In this document: in pieces, positions 56,517-64,000 of the stretch
Layout of the letters: each line of letters starts with the position of its first letter
Numbering within the stretch: position 1 is the first letter of the stretch
DNA from: Gemmatimonadaceae bacterium
Lineage (GTDB): Bacteria > Gemmatimonadota > Gemmatimonadetes > Gemmatimonadales > Gemmatimonadaceae
Assembly: GCA_045803545.1 (NCBI GenBank)
Contig: JBJMOW010000004.1
Coordinates: 800,001 to 864,000, forward strand
Direction: 5' to 3'
DNA: 64,000 nucleotides
Translations under genes and position numbers: made by a program
The notes under the pieces: model-generated
The model's database searches: none
Told to the model about the DNA's origin: nothing
Seen by the model: only the letters and a program-made list of their open reading frames with translations

Positions 56517-56743
56517 GGCTGGAATTTCGCGGCAATCGAACCCCAATTCTAGAACGAAGCTGCCGCGACTTTTTGAAGGTTTCTGCGGTCCGAGCGCTGA
56601 GAGGCCGGGTTGCACAATTACTTACGCGACAAAATCGATCGCACCGATTAACTGCCGCTCAGCCAGGAATTAGCTGACGGTCGAACCCGTCTGCCGGCGT
56701 GGTGCGGGGTGTGCGTGGGAGCTGGAGAGACTTGGGAGCCCAA

Positions 56744-57763
56744 ATGAAAGCGACCGTTCTATATGGCCCGCGCGATGTGCGTTTCGAACAGCGCCCGGAT
56801 CCGACTATCGAAAAGCCGACCGACGCGATCATCAGGATCGCGGCAGCATGCGTTTGCGGATCTGACCTCTGGCCATATCGAGGTATCAGCCCAATCAAGC
56901 AACCGACGCCAATGGGTCACGAATACTGTGGCATCGTCGAAGAAGTCGGCAGCGCCGTGAAATCCGTGAAGCGCGGTCAGTTTGTCATAGGATCATTTGC
57001 GTTTTCCGATAACACGTGCCCCAACTGCAAGTACGGTTACCAATCAGGGTGCATGAATGGCGGATTCGTCGGCGGAGCACAGGCGCCGTTGCTGCGTCTC
57101 GAGCAAGCGAATGGAACGCTGGTCGCGACGCCGGAGACTCCGTCGCCTGATTTGCTCCCGAGTCTACTGACAATCTCCGATGTCCTGGGCACTGGCTGGT
57201 TCGCCGCCGACGCAGCAAACGTGAAGCCAGGATCGACCGTCGCCGTCGTCGGCGACGGCGCGGTCGGATTGCTCGGCGTTCTCTCCGCGAAGCAGATGGG
57301 CGCCGAGCGAATTATTGCGATGAGTCGACACGATGCGCGACAGAAACTTGCGCGTGAGTTTGGTGCGACGGATATCGTGACTGAGCGTGGTGATGAAGGT
57401 GTCGAGCGCATCATGGAGCTCACCAAAGGTGTCGGCGCGGACTCGGTGCTCGAGTGTGTCGGGACCCAGGAGTCGATGATGCAGGCGATCCATGCGACGC
57501 GGGTCGGCGGATATATGGGCTACGTTGGCGTTCCGCATGGCGTGACGCTCAAGGGCGAAGAGTTATTCCGCCAGCACGTCCACCTGATGGGCGGACCAGC
57601 ACCCGTGCGTCGCTACCTGCCGGATCTCATCGATCTGGTCTGGAAGGGAAAGATCAATCCGGGCAAAGTCTTCGACCTCACGCTTCCGCTCCCCAAGGTG
57701 GCCGAAGGTTATCGCGCGATGGACGAACGACGCGCGATCAAAGCGCTGCTGCTGCCGGACTGA
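56744..57763 (+). CDS. Zinc-dependent alcohol dehydrogenase (MDR family)
   Basis: CGSD, GHE..G, GDGAVG. Confidence 0.93.
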   Translation: MKATVLYGPRDVRFEQRPDPTIEKPTDAIIRIAAACVCGSDLWPYRGISPIKQPTPMGHEYCGIVEEVGSAVKSVKRGQFVIGSFAFSDNTCPNCKYGYQSGCMNGGFVGGAQAPLLRLEQANGTLVATPETPSPDLLPSLLTISDVLGTGWFAADAANVKPGSTVAVVGDGAVGLLGVLSAKQMGAERIIAMSRHDARQKLAREFGATDIVTERGDEGVERIMELTKGVGADSVLECVGTQESMMQAIHATRVGGYMGYVGVPHGVTLKGEELFRQHVHLMGGPAPVRRYLPDLIDLVWKGKINPGKVFDLTLPLPKVAEGYRAMDERRAIKALLLPD

Positions 57764-57799
57764 GCATCGGCTTGCTGTTTCATTGAGGTCGTCGCAACT

Positions 57800-58054
57800 G
57801 TGCTCAAATTCCTTTCGACGTGGTCTACTCGTCGCGTGATCGTGGCGTGCGCGATGTGGTTGCTCGGCGCGCCCATTCTCGCGGCAATCGGATTGATTGT
57901 GGCGGGATTATTGGCAGCGGCGTTGTCTGGCGATACCAAGATTGCTTTCACAGCGCGCCTCGACAACTGGTCGCTCGCCTGGTTCTACGTGCCGCCGCTG
58001 ATCCTTGTCGCTGCGTGGTTGTGGTCCAGGCGACAGGAATCTGCTCGACCTTGA
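57800..58054 (+). CDS. Small membrane protein
   Basis: 84 aa, 2 hydrophobic segments, GAGG upstream. Confidence 0.6.
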   Translation: MLKFLSTWSTRRVIVACAMWLLGAPILAAIGLIVAGLLAAALSGDTKIAFTARLDNWSLAWFYVPPLILVAAWLWSRRQESARP

Positions 58055-58180
58055 CTCAGTTCGATCGCACTGCTACGCGCGGCTGAGCAGCACGCATCAC
58101 ATTCCTCGGTTCAGCTTGCCTGTCGACGCGTATCGGGTCAGTTTGCGATTGCCGCACACTAAAACAGGAGCAACTCAACA

Positions 58181-58693
58181 ATGGCAATCTTTAAGGAACA
58201 GACCGTCCAGCGCAAAGATGCAGCGCCGCTGACTCCGGAGACTTTCCCGAAAAAGGATACAGATTCGTTTACGACTCCGCTGCCGAGTTACGAGCCGGTA
58301 GTAAGACCTCGGTCGAAGGAAGCGAAAGAGTCGGTGATCGCTGCCGGTCTCACCATCGACGGCAAGATCGAAGGTGCGGGCCACGTTCGCATCGCGGGAC
58401 GTTTCAAGGGCGACGTCAACGTCGATGGCGATCTAACGATTGACTCCGGTGCGAAAATCACTGGATCAGTGCGTGCCGACACCGTTACGATCGGTGGTGA
58501 GCTCGAAGGCAACATCGATTCCGCATCACGCGTCGAGTTGCTCGCGACCGGTGTGCTCACTGGAGATCTCAAGGCTGGTTCACTCACCGTCGCCAGCGGA
58601 TCTCGCATGCGCGGCAACGTTTCCTTCGGCTGGGATGAAGGCAATGGGACTCATCCGCGTGGTAGAGCAGCGGAGAGCAACGGCGTATCGTGA
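58181..58693 (+). CDS. Bactofilin (polymer-forming cytoskeletal protein)
   Basis: S.I..G..I.G.I...G.V.I.G.F.G beta-helix repeats; AGGAG RBS. Confidence 0.93.
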   Translation: MAIFKEQTVQRKDAAPLTPETFPKKDTDSFTTPLPSYEPVVRPRSKEAKESVIAAGLTIDGKIEGAGHVRIAGRFKGDVNVDGDLTIDSGAKITGSVRADTVTIGGELEGNIDSASRVELLATGVLTGDLKAGSLTVASGSRMRGNVSFGWDEGNGTHPRGRAAESNGVS

Positions 58694-59070
58694 TCAATAC
58701 GAGCGTAGGCTCGCCGGGTAAGGCGCGCCTCTGCCCTCACTGCAAAGCGACCATCCTGCAGAGCGCGACGATCTGTCCCGCCTGCGATCACAGTCTGAGA
58801 TTCGACTCACAGCGGAAACGGAGAGCGGCGCCGAGCTTCTCTCCGCTCCGCGTGGAAGGCACGATCAAGCATCCGGTCGCGGGCGAGGCGTGGGAGTATT
58901 CGATAGTCATCACGATACTCGACGCGCAGCAGCGCGAAATCACCCGACAGGTCGTGAGCGTCGGCGTGCTGAACCCAAACGAGCAGCGGACGTTCAGACT
59001 TGGCGTGGATGTTTTTACGCCGTCGAGCGAGGAAGCGTCGAAAGAGACCTCGGGCGCGACTGCGGACTAA
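58690..59070 (+). CDS. Zinc-ribbon protein with C-terminal beta domain
   Basis: CPHC...CPAC; GTGA overlap with bactofilin. Confidence 0.8.
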   Translation: MINTSVGSPGKARLCPHCKATILQSATICPACDHSLRFDSQRKRRAAPSFSPLRVEGTIKHPVAGEAWEYSIVITILDAQQREITRQVVSVGVLNPNEQRTFRLGVDVFTPSSEEASKETSGATAD

Positions 59071-59095
59071 AGCGCCCGGGTCGACCTCTTGGTCT

Positions 59096-59464
59096 TCATT
59101 TCCAGAAGAACCCGACGATCCCACCGACAACGAAGCCTGCAGCGAGACCGAGCTCGAGCAGAGGAAGTATGACCAGCCCATCTTCCGAGTGATCGAAGTA
59201 ACCGCTCTTTGGACGGTGGGTGATCAGGAACGCAGCCGCCAGGCCGACAACAACGCCGATGCCGGCGCCGATGAACGCACCCCGCACGACGTGGCGCCCG
59301 CCCGTGCTGTCACGCGCAGCGGTGTCAGTCGACAGCGGTTGAATGGGCTGCGAAGCTGCGTTGGCGCTAACGCCCACTCGCGCCGAGGACGATCTCTGCG
59401 CTTCAGCGATCTGCGCAATCGACAAACTCAGTAACGCGAACATGGCCGTATGAGCTCGATTCAC
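59096..59464 (-). CDS. Hypothetical exported/membrane protein with glycine-zipper helices
   Basis: Signal peptide; GxxxG-rich TM segments. Confidence 0.7.
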   Translation of the reverse strand: MNRAHTAMFALLSLSIAQIAEAQRSSSARVGVSANAASQPIQPLSTDTAARDSTGGRHVVRGAFIGAGIGVVVGLAAAFLITHRPKSGYFDHSEDGLVILPLLELGLAAGFVVGGIVGFFWK

Positions 59465-59577
59465 ATCACTACTATAGATATGCGCATCGCTTCTCCGCCA
59501 GTCGCCGTTTCTCAGTTAACCTTGTAGGTCGCTGTACCGGCGGGTACGTTGCGATTGCGCCCTTAGCGTGCGCAATT

Positions 59578-60228
59578 ATGCCTCCCTTCCCGGTTAAACC
59601 AGCGGCATCACCAGCTCGCGGATTCGACATCGTCGTAATCGCTGCGTCCGCCGGCGGGCCAAGAACTTTGCGCGACATCTTTCAACTGTTGCCGGCCAAT
59701 TTTCCGGCGCCGGTGGTGGTGGTGCAGCATTTAGCCGCTAGTCCCCCGAGCTCGCTGGTCGAGTTTCTCGGACGTGATTGCGCTCTGCCGGTTCAATGGG
59801 TCGATCGCCCAGAGCAGTTGCAGGGCGGTTGCGTCTACCTCGCGCCGCCCGACCGCCATCTCGCCATTCGGGCCGGCAATATCTGCGAAACTTATAGCGG
59901 TCCACGAGTGAATTTCGCGATCCCGGCGGCCGATCCGCTGTTCACCTCCGCAGCGACCGAATTCGGATCGAGGACACTCGGAGTGGTGCTGACCGGCAGG
60001 CTCCGTGACGCCGCGGCCGGAGCACGCGCTATCCGCGATGCGGGCGGAGTCGTTGTCGTCCAGGAGCCCACAACATGTGTCGCTGACGGAATGCCGACGG
60101 CTACGATCGAGCAGGGAAGCGCGTGCTTCATTCTTTCACCGCGTGGAATAGCGAGCGCGATCATCACGCTCGTGATGGTCGCCCGGTCGCCCGGCATCTT
60201 TGGCATGGCCGCCGCCCGCCAAAACTGA
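59578..60228 (+). CDS. cheB: Stand-alone CheB-type methylesterase domain protein
   Basis: ASAGG (Ser), VQH (His), LTG...D (Asp), MP; no receiver domain. Confidence 0.85.
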   Translation: MPPFPVKPAASPARGFDIVVIAASAGGPRTLRDIFQLLPANFPAPVVVVQHLAASPPSSLVEFLGRDCALPVQWVDRPEQLQGGCVYLAPPDRHLAIRAGNICETYSGPRVNFAIPAADPLFTSAATEFGSRTLGVVLTGRLRDAAAGARAIRDAGGVVVVQEPTTCVADGMPTATIEQGSACFILSPRGIASAIITLVMVARSPGIFGMAAARQN

Positions 60229-60275
60229 AAAACTCAGTCAGACGTTTGAGACTAGTAACCGACCACCAACCTCTG

Positions 60276-60785
60276 TCAGCCACCAGGCGGACGGGGCCCG
60301 CGCTGACGTGGAGGCTCCACGATCAACGCGTCAGCAGGAGTAGCGCCCGGGCGGACCTCGGTGTGACGGATCCGTCCGCCGAGTAGACCGGTGTAGATCA
60401 TGGCGCCGGCAACGAACGCCGTCGCCAGCAACGCTGCGTGCGTCACGCTGGTAGGAACGGGCTGCGAGCGCCAGCGAATCAGCGCGATCAGAGCGAGCGC
60501 GCCCAGAACACCGCCGAGTATGTAAGCCTTGTCGCCCATCGCCTGATGCGCCTCGATGTCGTCGTGTCGCACCCCCGGTATGCCGCGCAGCGCGTGCTCG
60601 GCGGCATCGCCGCTCAGATTCGCGGCGGCACCAGCAATCGCAGTCGCGATCAGAACGACGAGTGCAGTCCGCCTGAGCACGTCGCGCGCCGTGAAGTAGG
60701 ACGCGACGAACAGCGCCAGCGCGAATAGCGATCCAAAAATCGGAGAGTGATTGACGAGCAGATGGAAGTGTGCGCCAGTGAACAT
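60276..60785 (-). CDS. DUF2231-like 4-TM membrane protein with conserved His
   Basis: H...NH.P, SG..A, H, GG.IRH.E. Confidence 0.7.
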   Translation of the reverse strand: MFTGAHFHLLVNHSPIFGSLFALALFVASYFTARDVLRRTALVVLIATAIAGAAANLSGDAAEHALRGIPGVRHDDIEAHQAMGDKAYILGGVLGALALIALIRWRSQPVPTSVTHAALLATAFVAGAMIYTGLLGGRIRHTEVRPGATPADALIVEPPRQRGPRPPGG

Positions 60786-60930
60786 GGGTCGGACGGTTGA
60801 GTTGGCGGGGACAATCGCAAATTGAACGCCGTATCAGCAGTTCATGACCTTGCAGGTGCAGTTGGTGTTACCCCTCGGCACCATGGTTCCAGCGCGGAGT
60901 ATGATGAACGAGACCCGAACCGAGGCGATT

Positions 60931-61800
60931 ATGCAGCGATTCACGTCAAATATTGCGAGGAAGTTCCGCGCCCTTCGACAAGGCGGCGGTGCGCCTCGAG
61001 CATTCATATTCAGCTACGACCACGTGCTCGGAACATCCCTGGAGCTCCAGGTCCGCGCACGGTCGGAACGCTCGGCGAAGCACGCCAAGGCCGAGGTGTT
61101 GATCGAGATCGATCGCCTCGACAACATTCTGAGTGGGTGGTCAACGAACAGTGAGTTCGCCCGCTGGCGCGCGTCGCAGCGAGAAGGGGTGCAGGTATCG
61201 CCAGATCTGGCGGAAGTCCTGCGCAGGGCGGAGGAGTGGCGTGCGATTACCGGTGGCGCGTTCGATCCCGCGCTCAGATCGGGAATGTCACTCGATGCAA
61301 TTGCCAAGGGATACATCGTCGCGATGGCTGCAGCGCTTGGCGCCGAGGTCGGTGGAGTCTCGGACATTCTGCTCAATATAGGCGGCGACGTTCAGCATTT
61401 TGGCGCGTTGCCGATGGTGATCGGCGTCGCAGATCCGTTCGCGCCGGCGGAGAATGCTCCGCCAATTGGAGCGGTACGGCTGGAGAACGCCGCGCTGGCG
61501 ACAAGCGGTGGATATCGGCGCGGATTCATGATGAATGGCCGACAGATATCGCACGTTGTTGACCCACGCACCGGTGAGCCCGTTGATCACATCGCGAGCG
61601 CTTCAGTCTTCGCATCCGATTGTGCCACGGCTGATGCACTGTCGACCGCATTCAGCGTGATGCAGCCATCGGAGAGCATCGCCCTCGCCGATTCGCTGCC
61701 CGATGTCGGCTGCATGCTTGTCGGGAACGATGGAGCCATCACCACCAACTCTGCGTGGATGGACCGCGCGGTCTATACGCATCAGCTAAGAGTCGCATGA
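60931..61800 (+). CDS. apbE: FAD:protein FMN transferase (ApbE), no signal peptide, internally shortened
   Basis: LGT, S.....SE, GAFDP, AIAKGY, NIGGD, ATSG.Y, SH.VDPRTG, ADALSTA. Confidence 0.9.
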   Translation: MQRFTSNIARKFRALRQGGGAPRAFIFSYDHVLGTSLELQVRARSERSAKHAKAEVLIEIDRLDNILSGWSTNSEFARWRASQREGVQVSPDLAEVLRRAEEWRAITGGAFDPALRSGMSLDAIAKGYIVAMAAALGAEVGGVSDILLNIGGDVQHFGALPMVIGVADPFAPAENAPPIGAVRLENAALATSGGYRRGFMMNGRQISHVVDPRTGEPVDHIASASVFASDCATADALSTAFSVMQPSESIALADSLPDVGCMLVGNDGAITTNSAWMDRAVYTHQLRVA

Positions 61801-62444
61801 AGAATCCTGAATCAGTAGCACCGATCGATCGCCGCGGCGCGCTCGTCAGAATCGCCGGAGTTGCACTTTCGTTCACGGGATTAACCGGCCTGACGGGGAT
61901 GCGTCGCTTCAGTCCCGCCTCCCCCCTCCCGCCTCCCGCGTCCCGCCTCCCGCTTCCCGCTTCCCGCCCCTGGGATGATCGCTTCGAGCTCACCGTCGAT
62001 CTCGAGCTCGCGCAGCAGGGCGGCTTCCGCGCTCACCGACCGTACGTCGCGGTGTGGGTCGAGGATGCGACGGGTCGTCGAGTGCGTACGATAAGTCTGT
62101 GGGTGAATACGAGTGGCCGTGGTCCGCGCTACATTCGCGAGCTGCGTCGCTGGTTCGACGGCGAGCGGTCCGCGGAAGACGCCGGCGCTCCCGACGCAAT
62201 CGCGACGACATCGAGCGCAACGCGACTTCCTGGCCGCTACCAGGTGATGTGGAATGGTCGGGACGATCGCGGCAACGTAGTGCCGCAGGGAAGCTATCGA
62301 GTCATCGTCGAAGCAGCGCGCGAGCACGGCAGCTATCAACTGATGCAACAGCAGCTGAACCTCGCGGCGACGCCCGTGGCCGCCGACCTCGGCTCCAACG
62401 AAGAAATCGCGAGCGCACGTGTCGAGTATCGCCGCAAGAACTAA
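61797..62444 (+). CDS. DUF2271 domain protein, Tat-like signal, putative flavinylation substrate
   Basis: RPYVAVWVE, L..W, SSATR.PG, W.G.DD.G, EAAREHG; ATGA overlap with apbE. Confidence 0.9.
   Translation: MKNPESVAPIDRRGALVRIAGVALSFTGLTGLTGMRRFSPASPLPPPASRLPLPASRPWDDRFELTVDLELAQQGGFRAHRPYVAVWVEDATGRRVRTISLWVNTSGRGPRYIRELRRWFDGERSAEDAGAPDAIATTSSATRLPGRYQVMWNGRDDRGNVVPQGSYRVIVEAAREHGSYQLMQQQLNLAATPVAADLGSNEEIASARVEYRRKN
61913..61968 (+). repeat. Eight tandem 7-bp units, consensus TCCCGCN, inside the DUF2271 gene
   Basis: tcccgcc tcccccc tcccgcc tcccgcg tcccgcc tcccgct tcccgct tcccgcc. Confidence 0.9.
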
Positions 62445-62466
62445 TCGAGAGACCCGCGACGACCCG

Positions 62467-63075
62467 GTGATCGCGCACATACCGGCGCGTCGCCGCCGGC
62501 CGATGCGCCTGCGCGTACATTCCGCCCTGCGCTGGCTCCACATCTACACGTCGATGATCAGCCTGCTGATCGTGCTGTTCTTCGCCGCGACCGGAGTGAC
62601 GCTCAATCATCCCGACTGGCTCGCCAACGAGCGCATCTCGGAAGTTACCGGAACGCTCCCCTCCACCTGGAAGACGTCGAAAGGAATCGACTGGCTGGTG
62701 GTGGACGAAGCGCTGCGTGCTGACAAAGGAGTTCACGGGACCTTTGCGGATCGGCGAGAGGATGATCGAGAAGCATCACTGACATTCCGTGCGCCTGGTT
62801 ACTCTGCGGATGCTTTCATCGACGCGCAGACTGGCGCCTATCGCTTGACCACTTCCAATCAGGGAATGCTCGGCATCATCAACGATCTCCATCGCGGACG
62901 TGATGCCGGCAGTGCATGGGCGTGGGTGATCGACGCGGCCGGCATCTTCCTCGTCCTGCTTTCGCTCACAGGACTGGGGTTGTTGTTCTATCTGAGAAAG
63001 GTCCGGTTCTCAGCGCTGCTCACTCTAGCTGGTGGAGCAGCGCTGATCATCATCCTCGCCAGGTTCGCGACGTAA
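62467..63075 (+). CDS. Short PepSY-associated TM helix protein
   Basis: RWLH.Y.S, FF..TG.TLNH, PG, NDLH.GR..G.AW...D, TG..L. Confidence 0.9.
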   Translation: MIAHIPARRRRPMRLRVHSALRWLHIYTSMISLLIVLFFAATGVTLNHPDWLANERISEVTGTLPSTWKTSKGIDWLVVDEALRADKGVHGTFADRREDDREASLTFRAPGYSADAFIDAQTGAYRLTTSNQGMLGIINDLHRGRDAGSAWAWVIDAAGIFLVLLSLTGLGLLFYLRKVRFSALLTLAGGAALIIILARFAT

Positions 63076-63079
63076 AAGA

Positions 63080-64000
63080 TCAGTGAAGAAGCTTCACCTG
63101 AACGGGATCAGCGCTCGATACGAGAATGGTTCCATTGCCAAGTTGGCCGAGATTTCCGTATCCCCAGCAGTATGCCCGTCCAGCGGTCGAGATTCCGCAG
63201 GTCGTGAACGCGTTTGGTGCGCTAGTGATGCTCGCGAAGGTTATTCCGCCATTGATCGGACCGGGTACATACCGATCGGTGCCGACGGGGCCGCCCGCCT
63301 GACCGTTGCTGTTGCTGCCCCAGCAGTCCGCGTTGCCGGCGTTCATCCCACAGATGTGCGAGGCTCCGTAAGCTACCTGGGCGTATGATTGTCCAAGCGC
63401 GGCTTGAACGAGCGTGCTGGGCGACGCCGTACTCGCAGTGCCCTTGCCCCAGTAGCCATAGTACTCGTAGCCCCAGCACCAGATCACGCCGTCGGTCTTC
63501 TGACCGCAGCGATAGACTCCGCCCATTCCAAGTTTCTGGAAGGTCGCGCCTCCGACCTGAATCAACGGAGTGCGCGTGCAGTTGGCGTTCTGTCCTGCCT
63601 GACAATCGGTCTGTTCTGTACCGCCGACTTCGGCGCCCCAGCAATAGGCCGTCCCGGAGAAATCACGCCCACAACTGATCTTCTCCGCTCCCATTACCTC
63701 TGCGAAGCGGACAGGGCCGGCGACCTTCAGCGGTGTTGCGCTGCAAGGTTCGTTGGTGCTGAAGAAACTGCATCTGTCGGCGCCAGTGACACCGGCGCCA
63801 AGCTGGCCCCATGAATCCCAACCCCAGCACCAAGTGTCGCCGGCGGTGTCGATGCCGCAGGTGTGCATGCGAGCAGCGCTGATCGAAGTGAAGATGTGGC
63901 CACCGACAACGGGGATCGGCTGCCTGATTTCGCCGCCCGGCGCGCCGTTGCCTACCTGCCCGTAGTAGTTGCCGCCCCAACACCAGGGCACGCCGGCGCT
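63080..64000 (-). CDS. RCC1-like repeat protein, 3' part (start beyond the right edge)
   Basis: Repeated H.CG....G...CWG.N..GQLG units. Confidence 0.9.
   Translation of the reverse strand, partial: SAGVPWCWGGNYYGQVGNGAPGGEIRQPIPVVGGHIFTSISAARMHTCGIDTAGDTWCWGWDSWGQLGAGVTGADRCSFFSTNEPCSATPLKVAGPVRFAEVMGAEKISCGRDFSGTAYCWGAEVGGTEQTDCQAGQNANCTRTPLIQVGGATFQKLGMGGVYRCGQKTDGVIWCWGYEYYGYWGKGTASTASPSTLVQAALGQSYAQVAYGASHICGMNAGNADCWGSNSNGQAGGPVGTDRYVPGPINGGITFASITSAPNAFTTCGISTAGRAYCWGYGNLGQLGNGTILVSSADPVQVKLLH

Noticed and set aside
1..64000. CRISPR array, rRNA/tRNA, IS/transposase, integrase, prophage or recognisable defence genes
   Set aside because: No repeat-spacer periodicity, no RNA-gene signatures and no matching protein motifs seen by eye; a covariance-model scan was not possible

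Overview
A GC-rich, gene-dense bacterial chromosomal segment with about 65 CDSs. I found no rRNA, tRNA, CRISPR array, transposase, integrase or phage genes. Gene content suggests Gemmatimonadota: tandem Hanks-type Ser/Thr kinases fused to TolB-like/TPR or PD40 modules, RCC1-repeat, DUF2911 and S41 proteins. That assignment is inference, since no marker gene is present. Most genes are accessory periplasmic hydrolases, signalling proteins and membrane proteins. Best candidates for under-described systems: (1) A hydrolase/redox regulon (14770-22947) around a receiver-only RR, a FixJ-type RR and a PAS kinase. Both flanking promoters carry the same bipartite operator, TATTGCAC-N4-GTATCG...CGATAC-N4-GTATCA, with spacers differing by exactly 10 bp. 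(2) An ApbE-DUF2271-PepSY flavinylation operon (60931-63075). Its ApbE lacks a signal peptide and carries an internal deletion, and its Tat-type DUF2271 substrate has an in-gene 8x7-bp tandem repeat. (3) An ABC exporter-esterase operon preceded by a 22-bp tandem direct repeat. (4) A Ycf46-type AAA+ ATPase flanked by zinc-ribbon proteins. (5) A bactofilin coupled to a zinc-ribbon protein. Several short ORFs absent from the supplied track were also read directly from the sequence. Family names come from motif recognition by eye, not database searches, and many starts were moved downstream of the ORF-track start.
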